From NCBI GenBank assembly GCA_963692865.2, contig OY843592.1, positions 832,001-896,000 of the forward strand: DNA of 64,000 nucleotides, given 5' to 3'. Of the stretch, positions 21,906 to 31,089 are shown piece after piece. Under the pieces are notes generated by a model. That model was not told the origin of the DNA. It searched no databases and saw nothing but the letters and a program-made list of their open reading frames with translations. A program made the translations under genes and the position numbers. The DNA is from a bacterium (GTDB lineage: Bacteria > UBA8248). Each line of letters opens with the position of its first letter. The stretch's first letter is position 1.

Positions 21906-24161
21906 TTATTTGTTTTCAGTAATTTTTCCGAGCGCCTTGCATATGTGGTGCGGACCCACCGGGATCTCGAAAAATCGAATTCCCACCGCATCGGCGATGG
22001 CATTCATGATGGCCGCGGGAGCAGCGAGTATGGGTGGTTCACCGACGCCCCTCATGCCATAAGGCGTATCATCCGCTTTGTTCTCAATCATTACAGTTTT
22101 CAGTTCAGGAACATCCATGCTGGTGGGTAAAAGGTATTCATGGAGAGTTCCGCCATGGATATTGCCAGTCCGGTCACGAGGTTGTTCTTCCATTAGCACC
22201 AAACCGATTCCCTGAAGCATCCCGCCTTCCATTTGGCCGATCACCGAGATTGGATTCATCGCAAAACCCACATCCTGCGAACAAGTCAGCCTCAAAACTT
22301 TTACCTCGCCCGAATCCATGTTTACGGCCACTTCCGCTATCTGCGCCGTGTAGATGGGGCAAGGCTCCGGCGCCTGTGTTTCCCCTTGGCCCATGATATA
22401 ACCTGAAATCCCAGGGGCCGCTTTCGCTATTTCGTTTAGTGAAATGGTTCGTTCGGGTGTGGATTGCGAGAAAACGCGCCCTCCTTCAATCGTCAGATCA
22501 GCTGGATCGGCTTCAAGTTTCTCAGCGGCGATAACTCGAATTTTTTCTTTCAAGTTGTTTATGGCAACGATAACGGCGGCACCCATCGAGCGGGTTACCA
22601 TACTGCCTGCCGCGCGAACCGATTCAGGCGCGGTGTCGGTATCGCCGCTGTCGAAAGACACTCGCTCGATGTCGATATCCATTTCTTCCGCAGCAATTTG
22701 GCGCATTGAGGTTGTTGCTCCCGTGAGGTTCACGGAGCCACTGAGGAGTTGGACGCTTCCGTCCGCGTTCAGACGTGCTGTACATGCAGAAGCTCCGCCG
22801 TTTCCGCGCCAAAAGCTAACGGCAAGGCCTCGACCGAATTTCCAGCCGGAGCCTTCTAAATTCACGTTCGTCTTGATGGTGTCGCCCCAGTTTCCTTCTT
22901 TGGCGATGCTTTCCAAAACTTTGATCATACCGTCGTCTTTTTGCATCCCGAATAATCCGACGTCGCCTTTGCGGATGGCGTTTTTTCGCCTGATTTCAAG
23001 AGGGTCGATACCTAACTCGCGCGCAATGATGTCGAGATGCACTTCCGTTGCGAAGAAACACTGAGGGCCACATGGTCCTCTTACCGAGCCGCATATGGGC
23101 CCGTTGGTGTAGACGCTCACCATTTTCACGGAAGAATGAGGGATATTGTAGCAGCTAGTGAACATCGGAATGCGAGAACTCGCCTGAGTCGGAGCGCCGG
23201 GGCCATATGCGCCATGGTCGACAATGATGTCCGCTTCGCGCGCTATTATAGTGCCATCAGAGGTTACCCCTGTTTTTAATTTTATTCGCAATCCTTGTCT
23301 GGGGCTGATGCCATTATGGTCGTCTTCACGCGTCATCTCGTGGCGCACGGCTCGCCCGCTTTTGAGAGCAAGCAATGCAATGATGTGTTCGATAAACGAA
23401 TGAATTTTCCCTCCGAATCCACCACCGATTTCTGTGGGGATGACTCTGACTTGCGAGAGCGGAACGCCTAGCGCCTCGGCGACTTGTTCTCGGATAGCGA
23501 AAGGCGCTTGCGTTGTTGTCGAAATGGTGATTTTTCCATCGGCACCTGGTTCCGCCATGCAAGCATGGGGTTCGATATATCCAGAGTGCGCGTATGGAGT
23601 ATGAAATGTGTGTTCAAATATATGATCCGCCTTTTTCATTGCGGCATCCACATCGCCCATGGATTTTTCATAGCGACCAATCACATTTCCTTCTCCATTG
23701 GGACCTAAGCCTATTTTTTCCCAGTCTTCGTGAACAAGTGGGCCATTGCCATCGCGCGCCGCTAAAAGGTCCACCACGGGCTCAAGTACTTTGTAACGTA
23801 CTTCTATGGAGTCTAGCGCCGCTTGGGCGGCATCCATTGATTCCGCCGCAACCGCTGCAACAGGGTCTCCGATATATCGGACGTAACCATCACGGGCTAG
23901 CCAACAGATATCTTTGACCTCAAGCCCGAAATGGTGTGGGGGACAATCATTACCGATTAACACGGTCCGCACGCCGGGTATTTTTCTGGCTTTCTGCGTG
24001 TTTATGGAAATTATATTGGCATGTGGGTGTGGGCTTCTGAGTACCAAACTAACCAGGGGTTGGACGGTGGTAACGTCTGCCGCGAATTTGGCCGTGCCTA
24101 CAGCTTTATCTGGCAGATCATATCTGGGGATACTTTTGCCGGCTACTTTCAGTTCACTCAT
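21906..24161 (-). CDS. Xanthine dehydrogenase family molybdopterin-binding subunit
   Basis: LRSPHPHA, VRYIGDPVAAVAA, IGGGFGGK, GQMEGGMLQGIG, GVGEP. Confidence 0.93.
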   Translation of the reverse strand: MSELKVAGKSIPRYDLPDKAVGTAKFAADVTTVQPLVSLVLRSPHPHANIISINTQKARKIPGVRTVLIGNDCPPHHFGLEVKDICWLARDGYVRYIGDPVAAVAAESMDAAQAALDSIEVRYKVLEPVVDLLAARDGNGPLVHEDWEKIGLGPNGEGNVIGRYEKSMGDVDAAMKKADHIFEHTFHTPYAHSGYIEPHACMAEPGADGKITISTTTQAPFAIREQVAEALGVPLSQVRVIPTEIGGGFGGKIHSFIEHIIALLALKSGRAVRHEMTREDDHNGISPRQGLRIKLKTGVTSDGTIIAREADIIVDHGAYGPGAPTQASSRIPMFTSCYNIPHSSVKMVSVYTNGPICGSVRGPCGPQCFFATEVHLDIIARELGIDPLEIRRKNAIRKGDVGLFGMQKDDGMIKVLESIAKEGNWGDTIKTNVNLEGSGWKFGRGLAVSFWRGNGGASACTARLNADGSVQLLSGSVNLTGATTSMRQIAAEEMDIDIERVSFDSGDTDTAPESVRAAGSMVTRSMGAAVIVAINNLKEKIRVIAAEKLEADPADLTIEGGRVFSQSTPERTISLNEIAKAAPGISGYIMGQGETQAPEPCPIYTAQIAEVAVNMDSGEVKVLRLTCSQDVGFAMNPISVIGQMEGGMLQGIGLVLMEEQPRDRTGNIHGGTLHEYLLPTSMDVPELKTVMIENKADDTPYGMRGVGEPPILAAPAAIMNAIADAVGIRFFEIPVGPHHICKALGKITENK

Positions 24162-24373
24162 GGAGCCCTCAAAATGTATAGTGTATATGAGCGCTTCGTA
24201 TTTCGTGTTGACAATGTTGAGTCTTGTGGGATTTCAACCCCTAAAGAGATGCGATCATATCCCGATTGCGAATGGGTGCCGAAAACCCTAGTTTATCGTA
24301 TATATCGGAATAGCGACAGGTTGTGCACGCCAAGGACATATGACCAGAGGAAATGCCTTTAAGGAGAACACTT

Positions 24374-25252
24374 ATGCCTAATCCGATCCCACTGGGTGTT
24401 CTTGGGTATCCGGCAGGCCATATTTTGTCACCTGTATTACATAATAAAGCGGCTGAAGTTTTAGGCGTGAATTATCACTATCTTTCCTATGAAGTACACC
24501 CGGATTATTTAGAAGAAGCTGTGTGGGGAGCACGGGCGATGGGATTTCGCGGACTCACAATTACGATTCCGCACAAGGTGGCTGCCGCCAAGTTGATGGA
24601 TGAACTCAGCGAGGACGCCCGGTTGATGGGCGCTGTGAACACGATAGTTTTTGAAGAAGACGGACGCCTGATTGGTCACAACACGGATGGTGTCGGTTGG
24701 CTCCGATTTTTGGAGGAAACAACAGGAGAACATCCCAAGGGAAAAAAATGTCTTGTTTTGGGTGCGGGAGGGGCCGCGAGAGCCATTGCGGTCAAAATAG
24801 CTCAATGTGGAGCGACTCATCTCGAAATCAGAAATCGGACGCCTGAGAAAGCTTTGGAGTTAGCGCGCTTTGTGGAGAAAAGCATTCCTTCTTCTATAGC
24901 GACCGGCGGTGGCTTGAACGAGCTTTATTCGGCGGCTGATGGTTGTGGGATAATCGTGAATACAACAAGCCTCGGGATGTGGGGAGACACGGAACGTATG
25001 GCTACAAACCCTATTCCCGAAGACGCTATCCCGAAAGGTTGTATCTGTTCGGATGCAGTTTATATTCCACCTGATACGGAATTTCTAAAAGCAGCCGGAC
25101 GGTCTGGGGCTCAAATTGTTCGCGGAACGGGCTGGTTGGTGTATCAAGCAGCGGCTGCTTGGAAAATATGGACGGGAGTGGATATGCCTACGGATATAGT
25201 GATGGAAGTTCTACACGAAGCTTTGGAATCACGCCTAAGTGGCGAAGATTAG
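24374..25252 (+). CDS. aroE: Shikimate/quinate dehydrogenase (AroE family)
   Basis: LSPVLHN, TIPHK, GAVNT, HNTDG, LGAGGAARA, NTTSLGM; RBS AAGGAGA. Confidence 0.9.
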   Translation: MPNPIPLGVLGYPAGHILSPVLHNKAAEVLGVNYHYLSYEVHPDYLEEAVWGARAMGFRGLTITIPHKVAAAKLMDELSEDARLMGAVNTIVFEEDGRLIGHNTDGVGWLRFLEETTGEHPKGKKCLVLGAGGAARAIAVKIAQCGATHLEIRNRTPEKALELARFVEKSIPSSIATGGGLNELYSAADGCGIIVNTTSLGMWGDTERMATNPIPEDAIPKGCICSDAVYIPPDTEFLKAAGRSGAQIVRGTGWLVYQAAAAWKIWTGVDMPTDIVMEVLHEALESRLSGED

Positions 25253-25521
25253 CCGTCGAATGTTTGTCGCTTTTTTACACGTTCTTCACATGGTGTCGCC
25301 GCATCGTTGCCCAGCCACAAGTCCCATGCGCCGTGATGGCCGATATCCACGCCTTCTCTTTGAGCTTTTTGTTGTAGAGCGATTTGCAATTCATCCATGA
25401 ACTCGCTATCCATAAGCTCAAGATGTTCTCCAATATGGCGATGCAGTACTCTATATATTAGTTTCATATCCTCTACTGATGTCTCGAATGAATACGACTC
25501 GCCTTGTTCTGAGAAAGCCAT
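25249..25521 (-). CDS. Hypothetical protein (90 aa)
   Basis: ATG-initiated ORF with protein-like composition, downstream of mreB; no family recognised. Confidence 0.65.
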   Translation of the reverse strand: MAFSEQGESYSFETSVEDMKLIYRVLHRHIGEHLELMDSEFMDELQIALQQKAQREGVDIGHHGAWDLWLGNDAATPCEERVKKRQTFDG

Positions 25522-25692
25522 TTTTTTCCTGTGAAATAAAGGATTTTGAAATGGGGCGGATAAACCTATCCCATTTTAACTGATTATTGTTGATAATAAA
25601 ATCTCGCTACAGTGATTCTATGCGGGGAGGGCCGGGAGCCCGGTATTGCGCATGGGGCCGGGCCCCCGGCTGGGGGGTGGTGCTCGTGAAGA

Positions 25693-26730
25693 TCAGTTCA
25701 GACACACTTGCTTGAAATCTTTTAAGTGGTCTAGTACGTGGCCAGTTCCACGGACGACTGTGGTCAGTGGGTCTTTTACTCTATAAATTGGAAGGCCGGT
25801 CTCATCATGGAGCCTCGTTCCGAGTCCTTTTAAGAGTGAACCCCCGCCCGCTAACACGATTCCTCGTCGGTAAATATCCGAAGCGATCTCGGGACTCGTT
25901 TTGGCCAGAGCTTTTTTGATGGATTCAACCATGGCTTTTATGGGACCGTCGAGAGCTTCTCGCACCGATTCATCGGTCAGCTTGATGGTGCGGGGCAAGC
26001 CAGTGGAAACGTCTGCGCCTGAAACTTCCATTTGAAGCGGCTCGGAAAGCGGGGCTGCTGATCCAATCTCCATTTTGACGCGTTCGGCCTCGAATGAGCC
26101 GATCGATAGACCGTGGTGTCTTTTGATATAGCGTTGGATGCATTCGTCCATGGCGTCTCCCGCCATGCGCAGAGATTCCGAATATGCAATGACGTACTGG
26201 GAGATGACGGCCATTTCGGTTGTTCCTCCCCCGATATCGACTATCATGGAGCCTGCGATTTCATGAATCGGAAGTTTGCTTCCAATGGCCGCCGCCATGG
26301 GTTCTTCAATTAGATGGACCTTGCCGGCCCCGCATTGGGTAGCTGAATCGATCACGGCTTTCATTTCGACACTGGTAATTCCCGAGGGAACGCAGACCAT
26401 CATTGTAGGTCGGCTGAAAGACCTTTTGGGCACGATTGCTCGAACGAAATGGCGAATCATGGCTTTGGTAACGTCGAAATCGGCGATTACCCCGTCTTTC
26501 ATGGGGCGAATCGTCCGAATCGAGCCTGAAGTCCGACCGTACATTTCCTTGGCTTTTTTCCCCACCGCGAGAACGCCTCCCCCGTTTTTTGAGTTCAAGG
26601 CGACAACAGAGGGTTCATCAAGAACGATTCCGGCATTTTTTGTGTAAACCAGAGTGTTCGCCGTCCCGAGGTCCATAGCGATATTGGGCCCCATCCAGGA
26701 TCTGAGGCGCTTCAAAAAATGAAATTTCAT
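25693..26730 (-). CDS. mreB: Rod shape-determining protein MreB-like actin
   Basis: MDLGTANTL, PMKDGVIADF, IEEPMAAAIG, VDIGGGTTE, LAGGGSLL. Confidence 0.95.
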   Translation of the reverse strand: MKFHFLKRLRSWMGPNIAMDLGTANTLVYTKNAGIVLDEPSVVALNSKNGGGVLAVGKKAKEMYGRTSGSIRTIRPMKDGVIADFDVTKAMIRHFVRAIVPKRSFSRPTMMVCVPSGITSVEMKAVIDSATQCGAGKVHLIEEPMAAAIGSKLPIHEIAGSMIVDIGGGTTEMAVISQYVIAYSESLRMAGDAMDECIQRYIKRHHGLSIGSFEAERVKMEIGSAAPLSEPLQMEVSGADVSTGLPRTIKLTDESVREALDGPIKAMVESIKKALAKTSPEIASDIYRRGIVLAGGGSLLKGLGTRLHDETGLPIYRVKDPLTTVVRGTGHVLDHLKDFKQVCLN

Positions 26731-28181
26731 GATTCATCTCCCCCCACAAAGCAAAGTTGATTTATCGCGCTCCCCTTTTGGGCGAACCCTAGTGCTTCAA
26801 GAGATAACCTGATAAGGCTTTTTGGGCTTCGAGCAGTTTCGGGGAAACATGCAGCGCCTATTGAAATTGTGATTTCGAACTCTTTTCCGCCGAGATGGAA
26901 GGGAGTGTGATGAACGACGTTGATTATTCGTTGCGCAACGGCTTCCGCATATTCCTGGGAGGAATCTCGCAATAACAAGAGAAAACGCGGCCCCTCATGC
27001 CGCACCAAAATATCATCTCCGGCAGCGAATTGTTTAAGCGAATTCGAGAGCTGAAGAATGACTTCTTCTTCGGACGTATTCTTGAATTCCGATGAAGCGT
27101 CGGGGGCGATGCTCAGCAAGGCGAGTTGGCGTCCTTTTGCGTCCGCCTCGCAGATGATTTCATGAAGGCGAGAATATAGATATTGTGCATTTTGCTCGCC
27201 GGTAAGAGGATCGATTTCTAAACGCGCTTGCCATCGCAACTCGTTTTTCCGGTTTGCAACGGCATCCGCCACCAGAGCCGCGATGATTTCTCCGCGCTGG
27301 ATGGAAGAAGCGTCAAATTGGGCCCGGCGTTTGCTTGTAAATCCCAGACAACCGAGAATTTCACCTCTTGAAGCGAGGGGAATGCATGCTGCGGAACGCG
27401 CTTCGAACCGAGGCTCGTCCTGATGGAAGAGAGGCCGGGTTCCTTTTTTCCCTTTCAGGTCCGTGAGCCTTAAGCTTTCTTTTTTGCTTAATACGTATCC
27501 CGCCAGACTCGAGCGTTCGCTGATGACGACTTCGCCCAGGAAGAGCTCCCCGAACCCCGAGGTTCGAACGAGGCGGGGGACGCCTGCTTCCTCGTCGATG
27601 AGAACGAGGAAGCAGGCGTCGAAGGGAAGCAATTCGCGCGGCACCTGACATACCGCATTCAACAATTGATCTTCGTTTTCGCTTGCGCGAAGCGAAGTCA
27701 GGTATCTGCCGAAGGCGGGAACGCTCATGGAGCGCCGCTCCGTTTGAACGCTCCTCAAGGCGCCGTCTGCAAGATAGGCGAATTGCTGGGCGAACCCCGC
27801 GAGAATTTTTTGGTCTCTGGACGTGAAACACCAGCTTTTCTTGCTGTCGATGGCGAGCGCCCCTTTATTGATCGATGAGGGCAGGGGAGTCGCCATGAAG
27901 GACTTGATATCCTCGTTTCTGCTGTAATAGCCGAGAACCAGGGTGTCTTTGTCGAACTGGTTGACGCTTAAGGGTTCGTTGTTCTCCAGAACCCAGCCCA
28001 TGAAGCCCTGTCCCACGTCGACCGAGGCGTCCGTGAGTATGTAGGGGCTGAGGCTGTGGTATGTGGTGAGCTGGTAGGTCTTGCGGCGTTTGTTTTCAAG
28101 GAACAGGCAGGCGGAGTAGGCTTCCGTCACGTTGCTGACGAGCGTGATGAGGGAGAAAAGGTCTCTTTCCAGATTCGTCAT
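26727..28181 (-). CDS. GAF-GAF protein with degenerate GGDEF domain
   Basis: Two GAF-like blocks; DPLTGEQN and ITISIGAACFP, but the signature reads RHEGPRF; stop overlaps the mreB ATG. Confidence 0.8.
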   Translation of the reverse strand: MTNLERDLFSLITLVSNVTEAYSACLFLENKRRKTYQLTTYHSLSPYILTDASVDVGQGFMGWVLENNEPLSVNQFDKDTLVLGYYSRNEDIKSFMATPLPSSINKGALAIDSKKSWCFTSRDQKILAGFAQQFAYLADGALRSVQTERRSMSVPAFGRYLTSLRASENEDQLLNAVCQVPRELLPFDACFLVLIDEEAGVPRLVRTSGFGELFLGEVVISERSSLAGYVLSKKESLRLTDLKGKKGTRPLFHQDEPRFEARSAACIPLASRGEILGCLGFTSKRRAQFDASSIQRGEIIAALVADAVANRKNELRWQARLEIDPLTGEQNAQYLYSRLHEIICEADAKGRQLALLSIAPDASSEFKNTSEEEVILQLSNSLKQFAAGDDILVRHEGPRFLLLLRDSSQEYAEAVAQRIINVVHHTPFHLGGKEFEITISIGAACFPETARSPKSLIRLSLEALGFAQKGSAINQLCFVGGDES

Positions 28182-28430
28182 TGCCGGCACCCAATGGGAC
28201 GGATTGGGACGTTGCGGAATATACCAAGGCCGGGAAATATATTTCAAGTAGTTTTTTCATTAGCATTCGTATCTGATTGTATTTATTGATTTTATGAGAA
28301 TTAAAAAAATGAGCCCCCTGAACGGAATTAAAGTGGTTTCTGCAATAATTTTTATAAACTATTGATATTTAACGGATTACTATTATGAAATTGACTCGCG
28401 AATTGGTTTCCGCCTCGTTGCGGCGAGGAA

Positions 28431-28478
28431 AGCCCACCTGTTGTGTGGGAAATCTTTTTGTGGAACTACATGTTGTGG
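28431..28478. promoter_or_regulatory. Tandem NrdR-box-like sites
   Basis: AGCCCACCTGTTGTGT (28431-28446) and GAACTACATGTTGTGG (28463-28478), 10/16 and 11/16 to acaCwAtATaTwGtgt, starts 32 bp apart. Confidence 0.45.
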
Positions 28479-28627
28479 TGTCCGCGGACGCCGGGCCGGG
28501 CGCCCGCACGGGATTTCACCCCCGCAATTCCCCGCATTTGCCGTTGCGCGCCCGCCTGGGGCGTCGTGGTATCCTCGCCGTGTTCCCTTCGCCGGAGGGG
28601 GAGTTGCGCCTCCGGGCGGCGCGGAAA

Positions 28628-28676
28628 TTTATCGAAAAACCCCCTTAATTTATCCAATTTTATACATATTTTCAGA
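28628..28676 (-). repeat. Right copy of the 49-bp long-range inverted repeat
   Basis: Reverse complement TCTGAAAATATGTATAAAATTGGATAAATTAAGGGGGTTTTTCGATAAA. Confidence 0.9.
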
Positions 28677-28710
28677 TATTCTTTCGGGGGCGGCGAGAGG
28701 GTTTCCCGCC

Positions 28711-29064
28711 CTAGCGCTCATACGCCTTGGTGGCGCTCACGGGGATCATGCAGACGAACTCCATGGTCTCGTCCGAATCGTTGTGGAAGGTGTGGTTCTC
28801 GCCCGGCGCCACGAATACGGCCGCGCCCGGCGCGATGGCCTCGGTCTCGCCCTCGACTATCACCCGCCCCTCGCCCTTGAGCATGAACACCTGATGCTCC
28901 CAGGGATGGGCGTGGTCGGGCGTCTGCCCGCCCGCCTCAATCTCGATGACCCGCATCGCCATTCCGGTCTCGCCGTCGCGCTCGCTGAGCAGCCAGCGGA
29001 TGCCCGCGCCCCTGGCCGCCTTCTCCGCCTTCAGTTCCGCGTCCTTGTAGTTCATCACCTTCAT
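28711..29064 (-). CDS. Cupin domain protein
   Basis: GGQTPDHAHPWEHQVF, VAPGENHTFHN; RBS AGGAGG. Confidence 0.88.
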   Translation of the reverse strand: MKVMNYKDAELKAEKAARGAGIRWLLSERDGETGMAMRVIEIEAGGQTPDHAHPWEHQVFMLKGEGRVIVEGETEAIAPGAAVFVAPGENHTFHNDSDETMEFVCMIPVSATKAYER

Positions 29065-29237
29065 GGCGTCGCGCCTCCTATGGTTTGATTCGGCCTTTAC
29101 GTCCCCGGCCGGGAAGCGCGAATCTTACCACATCCCGGCTCAAGCGTGTCAAAACCGCCGCCGGGCGAGAAGAGAGAAACCACTCTCCTTTGAGGAGCAA
29201 TCGCGACCGATGAAGGAGTGATTGACGCGACCGCAGA

Positions 29238-29418
29238 GGGGCTGTTGAAAAAGCCGGAGAGAGGCAATTTGTTTGTAGGGGCCGCATGATCTGTCAGACA
29301 TATATGTCTGACCTACAATGCCATCGCGTTTTGCGTAGCAGGACAGGCACGGAGACCTGTCCCTACGGGATCATCACGTCGCCGACCGAGGGGATACATG
29401 GCCTTTTTCAACAACCCC
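29238..29418. mobile_element. MITE-like composite element, reverse copy of 13744-13952
   Basis: GGGGCTGTTGAAAAAG...CTTTTTCAACAACCCC with shared internal sequence. Confidence 0.7.
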
Positions 29419-29538
29419 CTCAAGGGGGGAGTGGTGCTCTTCTCTCTTGTCGGTCGGCAATGCCGTTCTGGGGCGAAGCCCACAGTCGCATCGGTAGGGT
29501 GTAAATCCGTTTCGATTTTTGCGTAGGGGTGTCGGGTT

Positions 29539-29943
29539 TCACCGTAGGGGCGGACCCATGTGTCCGCCCTGGTTTTGGTGTTGTTGATTTTCTGCATATC
29601 GTTGAGGTTCATCCGATTCACGATCTTCGCCTTTCGGGCGGACACATGGGTCTGTGGGACAGCCCCGAGGAGGGGCTGTCACTACGATGGCAACGACGCC
29701 GTGAATGTGATTCGGCATGAGGACATACGCACCCAATTCGACATGCGGAAATTTGCTTTCCGTCTTGCGCCACCAACGGTCGCCCATTTGCCCCGCCCGG
29801 TTCAGAACCATCCGGCCCGCGTCGATTTCACCGAACAAGCACTGCCTGCCCTGCGCGCAAACCGTCACGAAGTAGTGCCTCGCCCGCGAATAATCGTACC
29901 CCTTCAACCGGTTCGGTTTCCGCCGTCTTTCGCTCAAACCCAT
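29539..29943 (-). pseudogene. Truncated REP-associated tyrosine transposase (RAYT/TnpA-REP, HUH Y1)
   Basis: RKPNRLKGYDYS...YFVTVC...CLFGEI...VLMPNHIHG; similarity stops at a GTAG palindrome (about 29657-29685); C-terminal catalytic-Tyr half absent; REPs on both sides. Confidence 0.85.
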
Positions 29944-30192
29944 AATCCCGACATATTCTCCCCGTGGTCATGGTCTCGAACCATTGATGGCCTCCTGTAG
30001 GGGCGGACCCGCGTGTCCGCCCTGGTTTTTGTGCGGTTGACGTTCTCCCCGTCGTTGATCTCGCCCCTTGCGGTTCGCTCGATTTGCGATTTTCGCGTTT
30101 CGGGCGGACACATGGGTCCGCCCCTACGGGCGAATGCGGTTTTGTTCGTCATTCCGGCGGGCGGCGAACTCCGGGCGAGAAGGTTTCCCCCC

Positions 30193-31089
30193 CTACCGCC
30201 TCAACTTCGGATCGAGCGCGTCGCGCAGGCCGTCGCCCAGCAGGTTGAAGGAGAGCACCACCCCCATGAGGGCGAAGCCGGGGATGGCGAGCAGGTGCGG
30301 CGCCAGCGCCATGTAGGAGCGCGCGTCGGCGAGCATGGTGCCCCATTCGGGCGTGGGCGGCGGCACGCCGATGCCCAGGAAGCTCAGGCCCGCCGCCACG
30401 CGGATGGAGGTCGCGATGAGGAAGGTGGACTGCACGACGATGGGGCCGAGCGTCCCCGGAAAGATGTGGAGGAACAGGACGCGGCGGCTCGAGGCGCCCA
30501 TGGCTTGGGCCGCCTCCACGAATTCGGTCTCCTTCAGGACGAGGACCGAACTGCGCACCAGCCGGGCGTAGGTCGGGATGGCGAAGATGCCCACCGCCAG
30601 CATGATGTTCTCCATCCCCGTGCCGATGATGGCGATGAGGAGAATGGAGAGCAGGATGCGCGGGAAGGTGAGCATGATGTCCACCGTCCGCATGATGAGG
30701 TTGTCGATCCATCCCCCCAGGTATCCGCCGACGAGCCCCAGCAGCACGCCCCCGAACGCGGCGATGAGCACGGAGAACACCCCGATGAGCAGCGAGGTGC
30801 GCGCCCCGTAGATGATGCGGCTGAACACGTCGCGGCCGAAATGGTCCGTCCCGAAAGGATGCGCGAGGGAAGGAAACTTGAGCGCCGCCTGAAAGTTCGC
30901 CTCTACGGGATTGTATGGGCTTATGAGCGGCGCCAGCAGGGAGGCGGCGACGAAGATCGAGACGAATACGCACCCCACGACCGCGATGCGGTGCTTGAGC
31001 AGGCGGCGCCAGGTGTCCGTCCACATGCCGTAAATCGGCTCGCTTTCCATTTCATGGGAAACGGGTTCGACTTCGGCGGCCGGGCTCAT
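30193..31089 (-). CDS. Peptide/nickel ABC transporter permease (DppC-like)
   Basis: HPFGTDHFGRDVFSR, EFVEAAQAMG, LSFLGIG...PEWG, GDGLRDALDP. Confidence 0.95.
   Translation of the reverse strand: MSPAAEVEPVSHEMESEPIYGMWTDTWRRLLKHRIAVVGCVFVSIFVAASLLAPLISPYNPVEANFQAALKFPSLAHPFGTDHFGRDVFSRIIYGARTSLLIGVFSVLIAAFGGVLLGLVGGYLGGWIDNLIMRTVDIMLTFPRILLSILLIAIIGTGMENIMLAVGIFAIPTYARLVRSSVLVLKETEFVEAAQAMGASSRRVLFLHIFPGTLGPIVVQSTFLIATSIRVAAGLSFLGIGVPPPTPEWGTMLADARSYMALAPHLLAIPGFALMGVVLSFNLLGDGLRDALDPKLRR

Noticed and set aside
28240-28480. oriC (AT-rich tract plus TGTGG motifs)
   Set aside because: No good TTATCCACA boxes and no dnaA/dnaN/gidA context
15371-28676. Composite or Tn3-type transposon interpretation of the 49-bp IRs
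   Set aside because: No transposase or resolvase, no target-site duplication, ends unlike GGGG/TG termini, gradual GC change and housekeeping cargo
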